The notes under the pieces are model-generated. The model had not been told where the DNA came from. It made no database searches and saw nothing but the letters and a program-made list of their open reading frames with translations. Below are positions 9,792 through 19,755 of a DNA stretch of 64,000 nucleotides, one piece after another; positions within the stretch are counted from its first letter, which is position 1, and every line of letters begins with the position of its first letter. The stretch comes from Rhodobacter sp. (GTDB lineage: Bacteria > Pseudomonadota > Alphaproteobacteria > Rhodobacterales > Rhodobacteraceae), in contig JAIYDR010000384.1 in NCBI GenBank assembly GCA_027487395.1, positions 9,732 to 73,731 on the forward strand. The letters run 5' to 3'. The translations under genes were made by a program, and so were the position numbers.

Positions 9792-9859
9792 GGTTCAGGA
9801 TGCCCTTGGGATATGGCGGCGGGGGCCGGGTCGTCCGCCCCCCGCCGGATCGGCATGGC

Positions 9860-11068
9860 TTAGCCGCGGAACAGCGACAGCAGGTTCTGCGGGGCCTGAT
9901 TGGCGATGGACAGGGCCTGCGTGGACAGCTGTTGCTGCACCTGCAAGGCCTGCAACCGGGCCGAGGTTTCTTCCATATCCGCATCGACAAGCGTGCCGAT
10001 GCCTGCCTTCAGCGAATCCGACAGGTCAGAGATGAACTTCGACTGGGTGTCGATCCGCCCCTGCGCCGAACCGAAAGACGCCGCCGCCCCGATCGAGGTT
10101 TGCAGCAACGCTTCGATATTGCCCAGCGCGGCTTGCGCACCGCCAGCGGTGGAGACATCAATCGCCGACAGGGCCCCCAGACCCCCCGCGCCCGCATTGG
10201 TGAATTGGGCGCTGGCGGTCAGGTCCTTGGTGCCGTTGTTGGTAAAGGCGATCTGGCCGGGTGTGGCGCTGTCATAATCCAGCTCCAGCCCCGCGATACC
10301 CAAGGCTTCAACCGCCTGTTTCAAACCGACGGCCACGATGTCGGACGGTGTGGCTGCGGCAACATCGGCGTCGGTCACGGTGTAACTGGCCACCTTGCCG
10401 CCGATGGTGATCGACACTTTGTCGCCCGACGCAAAGGCATCGGTGCTGTCGTCGATGACGATGTTGCCCGTGCCCCCCGCCTTATCCAAGGCAAAGCCCG
10501 CCGTGTCATTGTCGGTAGAGGCCCCATCGGACCCAGCCAGCACGCCCTTGCCCGTATAGGCCCCGATCGACAAGTCTTGCGCATTGACGGTGATCGAGGA
10601 CGCCGACACCCCACTCGACGACCGGTCCAGCGAGGCCAGAATATCGACCGAGGTATTGGTGCCGTTCACCAGGTTCTTGCCGTTGAACTGCGCCGCACCC
10701 ACAACCGACGCAATCTGGTCGCGCAGCGCGGTGATGTCGGTCTGGATCTTGCCGCGATCCACGTTGGATTCCTGTGCGGCAACGATCTTGCCCTTCATCT
10801 GCGTCAGCAGGCTGGTCACCGTTTCCGAGGCCTGACGCGCCACGGCGATGGTCGACGACCCGAGGGCGAGGCTGTCGGAAATGCCCTTGAACCCTTTCAC
10901 ATCGGACTCCATCACTTTCGAGATGGACCAGACTGCGGCATTGTCCTTGGCGGTTGCCACCGATTTGCCGGTCGAGATTTCCGACTGGGTCTTGGTCATG
11001 CTGGCGTTGAGGGTCTTCATCGTTTGCAGCGCGACCATGGCGCTGTTGTTGGTCAGAATGGACGACAT
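9860..11068 (-). CDS. fliC: Flagellin
   Basis: MSSILTNNSAMVALQTMK... N-terminus and ...QAPQNLLSLFRG C-terminus. AGGAG lies 7 nt upstream of the ATG at 11068; the track's GTG at 11074 is 2 codons upstream. Confidence 0.9.
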   Translation of the reverse strand: MSSILTNNSAMVALQTMKTLNASMTKTQSEISTGKSVATAKDNAAVWSISKVMESDVKGFKGISDSLALGSSTIAVARQASETVTSLLTQMKGKIVAAQESNVDRGKIQTDITALRDQIASVVGAAQFNGKNLVNGTNTSVDILASLDRSSSGVSASSITVNAQDLSIGAYTGKGVLAGSDGASTDNDTAGFALDKAGGTGNIVIDDSTDAFASGDKVSITIGGKVASYTVTDADVAAATPSDIVAVGLKQAVEALGIAGLELDYDSATPGQIAFTNNGTKDLTASAQFTNAGAGGLGALSAIDVSTAGGAQAALGNIEALLQTSIGAAASFGSAQGRIDTQSKFISDLSDSLKAGIGTLVDADMEETSARLQALQVQQQLSTQALSIANQAPQNLLSLFRG

Positions 11069-11289
11069 GTCCACGCTCCTGTTTCTGGACCGGGCTTTGC
11101 CGGGCCGAGGGGGCCGCCAAGGCGGCTGTGCGGATTTCCTCCGTGCGGGGGCAGTGCCCGTCGCGCCAATCCCATCACCGGGTTGCAGAGATAGATAAGC
11201 GCGGCGACCCCTAACGTTTCGCTAATCGCGGCGGTGTGTTTGCGGCTGGATGTGTCGGATTTTCCGCAAATGTCCCGGCATCTTTCCGG

Positions 11290-11610
11290 TCACACCCGGC
11301 GGGTGGGCGGTGCTGCGGGGACCAGCGGCGCGCGCGCGCCGGTGTTGTCATAGGTGCCCAGGCTGGCGCGTCCCGTCGCTTCGTCGATGCGGCGGCGGGC
11401 GGCGCGAAAGCCGTTGCGCGCGGCGTCGACGCAGGCCGCCGTCTGGTGTGCCTGCACGCGCAGACGGCGCATCCGGGCGGCATCGCTGCGGCTGAGGCCA
11501 AGCATCAACCCCTCGATCCGTTCGGCAAGGGTGGGCAGATTGGCATAATCGCCCGTGATCAGGCGCGCGCGCAGGTCATCCATGGCCGTTTGCAAGGGAT
11601 CATGCGGCAT
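11290..11610 (-). CDS. Hypothetical flagellar-cluster protein
   Basis: 106 aa from Met21 of the 126-aa ORF (MPHDPLQTAMDDLRARLITGDY...). Overlaps the upstream flgJ-like stop. No family recognised. Confidence 0.4.
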   Translation of the reverse strand: MPHDPLQTAMDDLRARLITGDYANLPTLAERIEGLMLGLSRSDAARMRRLRVQAHQTAACVDAARNGFRAARRRIDEATGRASLGTYDNTGARAPLVPAAPPTRRV

Positions 11611-11896
11611 GGGTGCCCCCCGAGTCCTGACCCGGGTCTTTGGCAGCCCCATCGCGCGCGACCAAGGCACGAAACAGCGCCTCAGACAGGCCGATACCCC
11701 CCGCTTTCACCATCGATTCGGCCTGTGCCTCCCGCAAGAAGGATGCAAATTGCGCCGCCCCCGCACCGCCGCCCATCCCTTCAGCCGCGCGGTCAAGCCC
11801 GGCATGGGCCAGCATCTGCGACAGGAACACGGACTCCAACCTTTTGGCTTTATTCTGTAAATCCTGTGCGCGGGGGAGGATCGGCTGAGTATGCAT
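11600..11896 (-). CDS. Rod-binding protein (FlgJ N-terminal domain-like)
   Basis: 98 aa; ...RLESVFLSQMLAHAG... rod-binding motif. GGAG lies 6 nt upstream of the ATG at 11896. The rest of the 262-aa ORF is an unlikely extension. Confidence 0.6.
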   Translation of the reverse strand: MHTQPILPRAQDLQNKAKRLESVFLSQMLAHAGLDRAAEGMGGGAGAAQFASFLREAQAESMVKAGGIGLSEALFRALVARDGAAKDPGQDSGGTHAA

Positions 11897-12001
11897 CGTG
11901 GTCTCCATTCTGGAAAGCGAAAGGGCCTTGAGTCGAGTTTTCCGGATGATGACGGCACGGCGGTAAACAATCGGTAATCGGTTTGCCGCAAGACTCGAGC
12001 A

Positions 12002-13663
12002 ATGCTTGGCAGTTACCGGTGGATCATGGTCTCGTCTTTTGCGCTTTCTTCTCTGCCCGTGGTCCGGCCTCCCAGCACAGGAGCACGGGAGTATTCGATT
12101 GGGGATGGCGATTTCGCCGCTGTTGTTTTCGGGATGGAACAGGGGGCGACGCCCGCTAAGACCAAGGAAAAAGCCTTGATGCCCAACGGAACTGAACTGG
12201 ACAGTCCGGCATTCGCAGAGCCGCAGAATGCCGGGGTGGAGGGTGGTGATCTCGCCCCAAAGCTGCCCGTCGAAGACAGGTCTGATCAGGTGGTGGCTGC
12301 GACGGCGGGACTTGTTCCACAACCCGTGTGGTTTCTGGCAGAGCCTGGCTCTCCTCACCCTGTCGTTCAGACGCAAACGGACAAGCATCAGCTTTGGTCG
12401 ACCGCGCCTGCAGTGCCGACGTCACTTGCCCCTGCTTCGAGCGACCTGACCGAAGCAAAGACCCTGATTGCGGCATCGTCTGTACGCCTTGGGGCGGCAA
12501 AACCGGGTGAAAACGGTCGTGCAGAACCTTGGGCATCGGCGAGGATGACGGAAGTGGACTCCGAACCGTTTGGCGTTGCAGCGGCACCCTTGGAACCGAA
12601 ACCCGCGCCGCCTGTCGCGTTTGGACCTGCGCCTGTTTCGCGGCAGGCCACTGACCCCCTCACCACGGCGCTTATGTCCGGCGGGCCTTCGGATAGTGCA
12701 TCCCCTACCCCGCCGCAGACCGCGCCAGTTTCGGCGCTTCCGGCGCGACCAAACGCAGCAGAAACGGCGGGGCGGGCTGACTTCCCGGCAGTGGCATCGC
12801 CGCAGATCGCGCCCTACCCCCCACCGATGCGCGAAGGCGCAGCCGTTATGGCCGCGGTGCCCTTTGTATCCCAGCAGGTTGAATCGCCCGTAATCCAAGC
12901 CCCGCCCTGGACTGGGCCGATGACGGCCACCCGTTTGATGCCAAGCGAAAGCCCGCAGCCAGCGGGTCTTGTGGCGGCACCTGTGGCAGCGGGCGTGCCA
13001 AACTCAATCAGCCATTTGGGCGTGGCGCGGGACAAGGCCCTGGACACCAGCGAGACGCCCACCGAGACCTCTCGACCACCAGAGGCAACCTTGGCCACGA
13101 CTCCGCTGGGTCTAGGGGCAGAGGCTCTGCGCCCCCTTGCCGCCAACAGTGCGGCACTGGATCGCCCTGTCTTGCCTGACAGCAGCGCGGAAACCCGGGC
13201 GATCCTGCGCCAGCTTGTCCCCACCCTGCCCGATCAGGAAGGCGTCTTAGAAATCGCACTTTTTCCCAAAGGCTTGGGTCAGGTGCGTCTGGACATTCAG
13301 CGCGGGCCGATGGGCGCACGGATCATTGTTTCCGCTGACCGCCCCGAAACGATCGACCTGATCCGCCGCCACGCTGCCGATCTGGTCGCTGAATTTCGCA
13401 CGGCGGGCATGGCCAATCCGGTGGTCAGCTTTGCCCCTGTCGATGCCAGCCCTACCATACCGCCCGCACAAAGGCTGGATGCGACGGGTCTTCTGACCGG
13501 AGGCGGCAGTTTTGGCGGATCATCGCAGCATACGGGTGGATCGCCGCAAAGCCAACCTCCCCCACGGCCAGACACCCCGCCTGCTGCCAACCTGCCCAAC
13601 CCTACCCCGCCCCCCTTTCGCAGCGATGTCGTCCCAAGTGGCGGCCTGATCCTGCGCCTTTGA
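12002..13663 (+). CDS. fliK: Flagellar hook-length control protein FliK (Pro/Ala-rich)
   Basis: C-terminal Flg_hook-like block LEIALFPKGLGQVRLDIQRGPMGARIIVSADRPETIDLIRRHAADLVAEF. Start is uncertain: ATG at 12002, 12134 or 12179. Confidence 0.7.
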   Translation: MLGSYRWIMVSSFALSSLPVVRPPSTGAREYSIGDGDFAAVVFGMEQGATPAKTKEKALMPNGTELDSPAFAEPQNAGVEGGDLAPKLPVEDRSDQVVAATAGLVPQPVWFLAEPGSPHPVVQTQTDKHQLWSTAPAVPTSLAPASSDLTEAKTLIAASSVRLGAAKPGENGRAEPWASARMTEVDSEPFGVAAAPLEPKPAPPVAFGPAPVSRQATDPLTTALMSGGPSDSASPTPPQTAPVSALPARPNAAETAGRADFPAVASPQIAPYPPPMREGAAVMAAVPFVSQQVESPVIQAPPWTGPMTATRLMPSESPQPAGLVAAPVAAGVPNSISHLGVARDKALDTSETPTETSRPPEATLATTPLGLGAEALRPLAANSAALDRPVLPDSSAETRAILRQLVPTLPDQEGVLEIALFPKGLGQVRLDIQRGPMGARIIVSADRPETIDLIRRHAADLVAEFRTAGMANPVVSFAPVDASPTIPPAQRLDATGLLTGGGSFGGSSQHTGGSPQSQPPPRPDTPPAANLPNPTPPPFRSDVVPSGGLILRL

Positions 13664-13673
13664 TGGAGTCACC

Positions 13674-14318
13674 ATGACCGCGATCACCTCTCTTGGAACC
13701 AGCCCTCAGACGCCGAAAACTTCGGGGGCCATCACCTCGGATTTCACGACATTTCTGAAGATGCTGACGACGCAGATGCAGAATCAGGACCCGCTGAACC
13801 CGATTGATTCCACCGATTACGCGACGCAACTGGCCACTTTTTCCGGGGTGGAACAGCAGGTCAGGACCAATACGCTGCTTGCCGATCTCGGACAGCAATT
13901 CGGCTTGTTGGGCATGGCGCAATTGGCCGGTTGGGTCGGGCAAGAGGCGCGCTCTGCCGGGCCAGTCTGGATGGGCGGCACGCCGGTTTCGCTGCAGCTG
14001 GAGCCTGCAAAGGGGGCCACCCGGGCGATGCTGGTGGCGCGGGATGCGGCCGGGAATGTCGCCACGCGCGAAGAGGTGCCAGTAACGGCGGGCGCTTATC
14101 AATGGCTGGGCGGCAATATGGCCGGCGATCCCTTGCCCACCGGTCAGTATCGGCTAACCGTGGAAAGCTGGAACGGCGACAAGCAACTGGCGACCAACCC
14201 GGTGCAAACTTATGCCCGCATCACTGAGGCGCGAAATGGTCCCGATGGCGTGACCCTGTTGCTTGAGGGTGGGATCAGCGTCAAAGCGACCGAGGTGACC
14301 GCCCTGCGCGCGGGGTGA
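13674..14318 (+). CDS. flgD: Flagellar hook capping protein FlgD
   Basis: 214 aa; ...DFTTFLKMLTTQMQNQDPLNPIDSTDY... signature. Confidence 0.9.
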   Translation: MTAITSLGTSPQTPKTSGAITSDFTTFLKMLTTQMQNQDPLNPIDSTDYATQLATFSGVEQQVRTNTLLADLGQQFGLLGMAQLAGWVGQEARSAGPVWMGGTPVSLQLEPAKGATRAMLVARDAAGNVATREEVPVTAGAYQWLGGNMAGDPLPTGQYRLTVESWNGDKQLATNPVQTYARITEARNGPDGVTLLLEGGISVKATEVTALRAG

Positions 14319-14361
14319 CAGGTGGTCTTTGCCTGCCAAGACGGTCTAGTGTCGCGCCGCC

Positions 14362-15177
14362 ATGACCCTGATCGACGCTTTAGCCCCCGACACGCTTCGC
14401 GACCTGCAAGGGCAGGATGCCGCTTGGATCATTGAACCGCTTTCGCCACTTTCCGGCGGGCGGGCGAACCATGTCTGGCGGGTGGGCAATCGCGTGCTGA
14501 AACGCACTCGCCCCGATGCCGCGACACCGCTGTTCCCCAACGATCCATTGGCAGAGGCACAGGCGCTGCGTCTGTTCGCACCCGAAGGGCTGGCCCCAGA
14601 GTTGCGGGCAATCTCGGGAGAGTGGCTGCTCATTGACCACCTCCCCGGCGCGATCTGGGGCCAAAGCCCGAATCAAGACCCCGCCCCAGTGGCGCGGGCC
14701 TTGGGTCGGCTGCATCGGCTGACGCTGCGCGACGGGTTCCGCCCCTTGCCCAATGGCACGGCCGCGCTGCGGCGGGATGCGGTGCGGGTGGCGGGCGGGC
14801 AGCCGACGCCGCCCCTGCCCGATGTGCCAGACCTGCCGCCCGTTCGCCCCTGTGCGGTTCACGCCGATGCCGTGCCGGGCAATATCATCGTCGCGCCCAA
14901 AGGGGTGATGCTGATCGATTGGCAATGCCCCGGCCTTGGCGATCCGGCCGAGGATTTGGCAACGTTCCTGTCGCCCGCGATGCAGTGGCTTTACACGGGT
15001 CGTACTCTGAGCCCGGATCAGCGCGAGCGGTTCCTAAACGCTTATCCAGACCATGCGACCGTGGCCAGATTCCAAGCGTTAGAGCCGCTTTACGCATGGC
15101 GCATGACCGCCCATTGCACCTATCGCGCCGCACAAGGCGATCCAGATTACGCCCAAGCGTTACAGCAGATGGCCTAA
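14362..15177 (+). CDS. Aminoglycoside/choline-kinase-like phosphotransferase family protein
   Basis: Catalytic-loop-like HADAVPGNIIV, followed by LIDWQ. 18-nt tail-to-tail overlap with ubiB. Confidence 0.6.
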   Translation: MTLIDALAPDTLRDLQGQDAAWIIEPLSPLSGGRANHVWRVGNRVLKRTRPDAATPLFPNDPLAEAQALRLFAPEGLAPELRAISGEWLLIDHLPGAIWGQSPNQDPAPVARALGRLHRLTLRDGFRPLPNGTAALRRDAVRVAGGQPTPPLPDVPDLPPVRPCAVHADAVPGNIIVAPKGVMLIDWQCPGLGDPAEDLATFLSPAMQWLYTGRTLSPDQRERFLNAYPDHATVARFQALEPLYAWRMTAHCTYRAAQGDPDYAQALQQMA

Positions 15178-16689
15178 TCCCACGCCAGCCGCAAAGATCA
15201 CAAAGGCAGCGGGGATCAGATACCAGCGGCTGCGACGGCGCGGCGGGGCCAAAGGTCGCGAGGGTTCGGCCTGCGCGATCAAGGCACTTTCCACCAGACG
15301 CGGCAGCTTGGGGCCAAACCGGCTCAGCACACGCGCGGTCTGCACCAGATCGCGCAACAGCGCCTTTGGTCCGATGTTACCGGCGATGTAGCGTTCCACC
15401 ACCGGGCGGGCGACTTGCCAGATATTGATCTGCGGGTCCAAACCGCGCGCCACGCCTTCGACAACCACCATCGTGCGTTGCAGCAGGATCAGTTCTGTCC
15501 GGGTCTGCATCCCGAAGCGTTCGGTGACCTCAAAAAGATAGGACAACAGCTTGGCCATCGAAATGCGGTTGGCGTCCATGCCGAAAATCGGCTCTCCCAC
15601 CGCACGCAAGGCACGGGCGAATTCGTCAATGTCACGGTCGGGCGGAACATAGCCCGCCTCAAAATGCACTTCGGCGACGCGGCGATAATCCTTGCGGATG
15701 AAGCCCATCAGAATCTCGGCATAAACGCGGCGGGTGTATTCGTCGATCCGGCCCATGATGCCGAAATCATAGGCGATGATCGCGCCATCCGCGCCGACCT
15801 TGAGGTTGCCTTGGTGCATGTCTGCGTGGAAATAGCCGTCGCGCAGCGCGTGGTTCAGGAACAGTTGCAGCACCCGCGCGCCCAGCACCCGCCGATCATG
15901 CCCCGCCGCGTCAATGGCGGCGTTTTCGTTCATGCCCAGACCTTCGACCCAATCCAGCGTCATCACCGTCTTGCCCGACAGGGTCCAGACCGGCTGCGGC
16001 ACGCGAAAGCCTTCGTCATCCTTGGTATTGGCGGAAAACTCGGCCGCGGCCGAGGATTCCAGCCGCAAATCCAACTCCCCCATCACCACGCCTTCGAAAT
16101 GCGCGATGACATCCATCGGGCGCAGGCGGCGGGCCGAGGGGGCGAAAATCTCAACCGTGCGGGCGATCAGGTAAAACGCATCGATATCCTTGCGAAAGGC
16201 GCGTTCGATACCGGGGCGCAGCACCTTGACCGCCACTTCTTTGCCGGTTTCCGCAATGCGGGCGCGGTGTACCTGCGCGATGGAGGCGGCGGCAACGGGT
16301 TCGGAGAATTCGGAAAACACCTGATCGACGGGCAGTTCCAACTCTGCCGCGATCATCTGTTTCGCCACATCGGTGGAAAACGGCGGCAGTTGGTCTTGCA
16401 GGTATTTCAACTGCTCTGACAGCTTTTCGCCCACCATGTCGGGGCGGGTCGAAAGAATTTGACCGAATTTGATATAGGCCGGGCCAAGCGCGGTCAGCGC
16501 GCGGGTGGCGGGCGGCAGGTTCGGATCGCCCTTCAACCCCAGCCATTTGAACGGCCAGCCAAGGGCATGGGCCACGATCCGCAGGCTTTTGGGCGCGCGA
16601 AAGGCGTCCAGCACCACCTCCATCGCGCCGGTGCGTTCCAGCGTGGCGCCGGTGCGGATCAGCCGCCAGATGTTGTGCGGTCCGCGCAT
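15160..16689 (-). CDS. ubiB: Ubiquinone biosynthesis regulatory kinase-like protein UbiB
   Basis: 509 aa; ABC1/UbiB kinase-like core (AAASIAQVH..., HADMHQGN); C-terminal TM; adjacent to ubiE. Confidence 0.9.
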   Translation of the reverse strand: MRGPHNIWRLIRTGATLERTGAMEVVLDAFRAPKSLRIVAHALGWPFKWLGLKGDPNLPPATRALTALGPAYIKFGQILSTRPDMVGEKLSEQLKYLQDQLPPFSTDVAKQMIAAELELPVDQVFSEFSEPVAAASIAQVHRARIAETGKEVAVKVLRPGIERAFRKDIDAFYLIARTVEIFAPSARRLRPMDVIAHFEGVVMGELDLRLESSAAAEFSANTKDDEGFRVPQPVWTLSGKTVMTLDWVEGLGMNENAAIDAAGHDRRVLGARVLQLFLNHALRDGYFHADMHQGNLKVGADGAIIAYDFGIMGRIDEYTRRVYAEILMGFIRKDYRRVAEVHFEAGYVPPDRDIDEFARALRAVGEPIFGMDANRISMAKLLSYLFEVTERFGMQTRTELILLQRTMVVVEGVARGLDPQINIWQVARPVVERYIAGNIGPKALLRDLVQTARVLSRFGPKLPRLVESALIAQAEPSRPLAPPRRRSRWYLIPAAFVIFAAGVGLGHLL

Positions 16690-17441
16690 CAGATCTTCCA
16701 GCCAGAGTGCAGGGCGGCCACCCCCATCGTCAGATTGCGGTATTTCACCTGATCAAAGCCCGCCTGCCGGATCATCGCGGCGAATCTGTCCTGATCGGGG
16801 AATTTGCGGATCGATTCGACCAGGTATTGATAGCTGTCACGGTCATTGGCCACGATCTGCCCCATCACCGGGATGACGTTGAAGGAATACAGATCATAGG
16901 CCTTTTGCAGCAAGGCATTGGGGATCTGCGAAAACTCCAGCACCATCAACCGCCCGCCGGGGCGCAGCACACGATAGGCCTCACGCAGTGCATCGGGAAT
17001 GCGGGTGACGTTCCGAATGCCGAAGCTGATTGTATAGATATCAAAGGAATTGTCGGCAAAAGGCAGCGCCATTGCGTCGCCCACCACCCAATCCAGACGG
17101 TCGGCCTGATGTTCCGCTTCGGCGCGTTTGCGGCCTTCGATCAACATCGATTCGGTCATGTCGCAGACCACGGCATTCGACCCCGGCGCGCGTTTCAGAA
17201 AGCGAAACGCCACATCCCCGGTGCCGCCCGCCACATCCAACAGGCGTTGACCGGCGCGCGGAGCCAGCCAATCCATCATGGCGTCTTTCCACAAGCGGTG
17301 CACCCCGCCCGACATCAGGTCATTCATGATGTCATAGCGACTGGCGACGCGGGTAAAGACGCCATGCACCATCCCGGCCTTGTCGCCCTCTGGCACGGTC
17401 TGAAAGCCGAAATGGGTGGTGTTGTCCTGATCTTCGGTCAT
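16689..17441 (-). CDS. ubiE: Demethylmenaquinone/ubiquinone methyltransferase UbiE
   Basis: Start at Met32 of the ORF ([16 protein letters not shown]...); SAM motif [10 protein letters not shown]; 250 aa. Confidence 0.9.
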   Translation of the reverse strand: MTEDQDNTTHFGFQTVPEGDKAGMVHGVFTRVASRYDIMNDLMSGGVHRLWKDAMMDWLAPRAGQRLLDVAGGTGDVAFRFLKRAPGSNAVVCDMTESMLIEGRKRAEAEHQADRLDWVVGDAMALPFADNSFDIYTISFGIRNVTRIPDALREAYRVLRPGGRLMVLEFSQIPNALLQKAYDLYSFNVIPVMGQIVANDRDSYQYLVESIRKFPDQDRFAAMIRQAGFDQVKYRNLTMGVAALHSGWKI

Positions 17442-17542
17442 TGTCTCTTGCCGTTCCTGACGCTTGCCACTCCTTATAGGGCCGAAGTCCGGCGCTGCAA
17501 TGCGCCGCCTTGTCCCGCCCCATCTTGTCGCCAAAGGTCGCC

Positions 17543-18394
17543 ATGCCCGAACTGCCCGAGGTTGAAACCGTCCGCCGTGGTCTTTTGCCGGTGATGGAAG
17601 GGCAGATGATCACGCAAGCGCTGGTCAATCGCCCCGATCTGCGCTGGCCCTTTCCGCCACGCATGGCCGAACGGCTGACCGGCGCGCAGGTGACAGCGCT
17701 GCGGCGGCGGTCGAAATATATCCTTGCGGACCTTTCCACCGCCGAGACCCTGCTGATCCATCTGGGCATGTCGGGGCGAATGCTGATCTCTGGCGCGATT
17801 GTCGGGGAATTTCATCATCCCCACCCCGCGCCGGAAAAGCATGACCATGTGATCTTGGATATGGAGGGCGGGGCGCGCGTGACCTTCAACGATGCCCGCC
17901 GCTTTGGCGCGATGGACCTTTTGGACACGGCGTCGGCGGATCATCACCCGCTGCTGGCAGACATCGGGCCGGAACCACTGGGGAACGGGTTTTCCGAAAG
18001 CTATCTGGTGGCGCGCCTGGCGGGGAAGAACACGCCGATCAAATCGGCGCTTCTGGATCAGCATCTGGTCGCGGGCTTGGGCAATATCTACGTTTGCGAG
18101 ACGCTGTATCGTGCCCACCTTCACCCCGCGCGCAAGGCGGGTGATCTGACCCGCGCGCAGGTGGCGTCCTTGGTGCCGATCATCCGCGCCGTCTTGACCG
18201 AGGCGATTGAGGCTGGCGGGTCATCCTTGCGTGACTACAGGCAGGCGGATGGCGAGCTTGGGTATTTCCAGCACAGCTTTCAGGTCTATGGCCGCGAGGG
18301 CGAACCCTGCGCTACAGCGGGCTGCGGGTCGATCATCGAACGCATGGTGCAATCGGGGCGGTCGTCGTTTTTCTGCCCGACCTGCCAGCGCTGA
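17543..18394 (+). CDS. mutM: Formamidopyrimidine-DNA glycosylase
   Basis: [15 protein letters not shown]-terminus; C-terminal zinc finger CxxC...CPTCQ; 283 aa. Confidence 0.9.
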   Translation: MPELPEVETVRRGLLPVMEGQMITQALVNRPDLRWPFPPRMAERLTGAQVTALRRRSKYILADLSTAETLLIHLGMSGRMLISGAIVGEFHHPHPAPEKHDHVILDMEGGARVTFNDARRFGAMDLLDTASADHHPLLADIGPEPLGNGFSESYLVARLAGKNTPIKSALLDQHLVAGLGNIYVCETLYRAHLHPARKAGDLTRAQVASLVPIIRAVLTEAIEAGGSSLRDYRQADGELGYFQHSFQVYGREGEPCATAGCGSIIERMVQSGRSSFFCPTCQR

Positions 18395-18479
18395 GGCTGC
18401 GGCGCTATGCCAAGCGGCTTGATACCGGGCGGGTTGCTGTTAGGACTTGGTGCCAAATGCCAAGCAAGCGGAGCCGGTC

Positions 18480-19256
18480 ATGGCCTATGAGACGCTGATC
18501 GTCGAGATCGAGGATACCACCGCCCTGATCCGGTTGAACCGGCCCGATGCGCTGAACGCCCTGAACACCAAGCTGATGCAGGAATTGTCGGCGGCGTTGA
18601 CGGCGGCTGATGGCAATCAAAAGGTGCGCTGTATTGTGCTGACCGGATCGGAGAAGGCCTTTGCCGCCGGGGCCGATGTGCGCGAGATGGCCGACAAGAC
18701 CTATGCCGAGGTGTTTTTTGACGATCTGTTTGGCCCGGAGGCCGAGGCGATCACCCGCGTCCGTAAGCCGATTATTGCCGCTGTGGCGGGCTATTGCCTT
18801 GGGGGCGGGTGCGAACTGGCGATGATGTGCGATTTCATCATCGCCGCCGATACCGCGAAATTCGGCCAGCCAGAGATCAATTTGGGCATCTGCGCCGGAA
18901 TGGGCGGCACACAGCGACTGACCCGCGCGGTCGGCAAGGCCAAGGCGATGGACATGAACCTGACCGGCCGTTTCATGGATGCCGCCGAGGCAGAGCGTTG
19001 CGGTCTGGTCAGCCGCATTTTTCCCGCCGCGGACTTGCTGCCTGAGACGCTGAAAATCGCGGGCAAGATCGCCGAAAAATCCGCACTCGCGGTGCGGGCG
19101 GTGAAAGAATCGGTCAACCGCGCGCAGGAAACCACCCTGCGCGAAGGGCTGCTGTTTGAACGCCGGATGTTCCACGCCAGCTTCGCGACCGAGGATCAGA
19201 AAGAGGGCATGGCCGCCTTTGTCGAAAAGCGCGCGCCGCATTTCCGCGACCGCTGA
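18480..19256 (+). CDS. Enoyl-CoA hydratase (crotonase family)
   Basis: [28 protein letters not shown]...; 258 aa; crotonase fold motifs ([11 protein letters not shown]). Confidence 0.85.
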   Translation: MAYETLIVEIEDTTALIRLNRPDALNALNTKLMQELSAALTAADGNQKVRCIVLTGSEKAFAAGADVREMADKTYAEVFFDDLFGPEAEAITRVRKPIIAAVAGYCLGGGCELAMMCDFIIAADTAKFGQPEINLGICAGMGGTQRLTRAVGKAKAMDMNLTGRFMDAAEAERCGLVSRIFPAADLLPETLKIAGKIAEKSALAVRAVKESVNRAQETTLREGLLFERRMFHASFATEDQKEGMAAFVEKRAPHFRDR

Positions 19257-19425
19257 AGGCGGCGTTCTGTTTTCCCTGTTCCCTTTCCCCAGCATTTGCA
19301 CTAAGGGCTGCCGTCACATGCGCGTGGGCCCGCTTAGGCAAGAATCGAGTCCGTCCTTTCGGGGGCGGCGTCTTGGGGTCTTTGTGCAATTGAAACGCAA
19401 CGAAGACCCAAGAAAGACCTGACCG

Positions 19426-19701
19426 ATGGCGAATTCTGAACAGTCCAAAAAACGCGCCCGCCAGTCCGAGACGCGCTATGCCGTGAACAAGGCGCGCCGT
19501 TCGCGCGTCCGCACCTATCTGCGCAAGGTTGAAGAAGCGCTTGCCTCTGGCGATGCGGCTGCTGCCGAAGCAGCGCTGAAAAACGCCCAGCCAGAACTGA
19601 TGCGCGGCGTGTCCAAGGGCATCATGCACAAGAACACCGCCTCGCGGAAAGTGTCTCGCCTTGCCTCGCGCGTGAAGACGCTGGCTGGCACCAAAGTCTG
19701 A
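19426..19701 (+). CDS. rpsT: 30S ribosomal protein S20
   Basis: 91 aa; [30 protein letters not shown]... Confidence 0.95.
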   Translation: MANSEQSKKRARQSETRYAVNKARRSRVRTYLRKVEEALASGDAAAAEAALKNAQPELMRGVSKGIMHKNTASRKVSRLASRVKTLAGTKV

Positions 19702-19723
19702 TCTAAACATTTGTATTGATTAA

Positions 19724-19755
19724 CAAAGGGCGTGGCCGCGCGGCTGCGCCCTTTG
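19724..19755 (+). terminator. Hairpin downstream of rpsT (putative terminator)
   Basis: CAAAGGGCG ... CGCCCTTTG, a 9-bp stem 23 nt after the rpsT stop. Only a short T tract follows (TTTGT). Confidence 0.45.

Noticed and set aside
9725-11194. 489-aa plus-strand ORF across the flagellin locus
   Set aside because: It mirrors the flagellin gene and is Arg/Gly/Asp-rich without domains. Flagellin on the minus strand has a canonical N-terminus, C-terminus and Shine-Dalgarno sequence.
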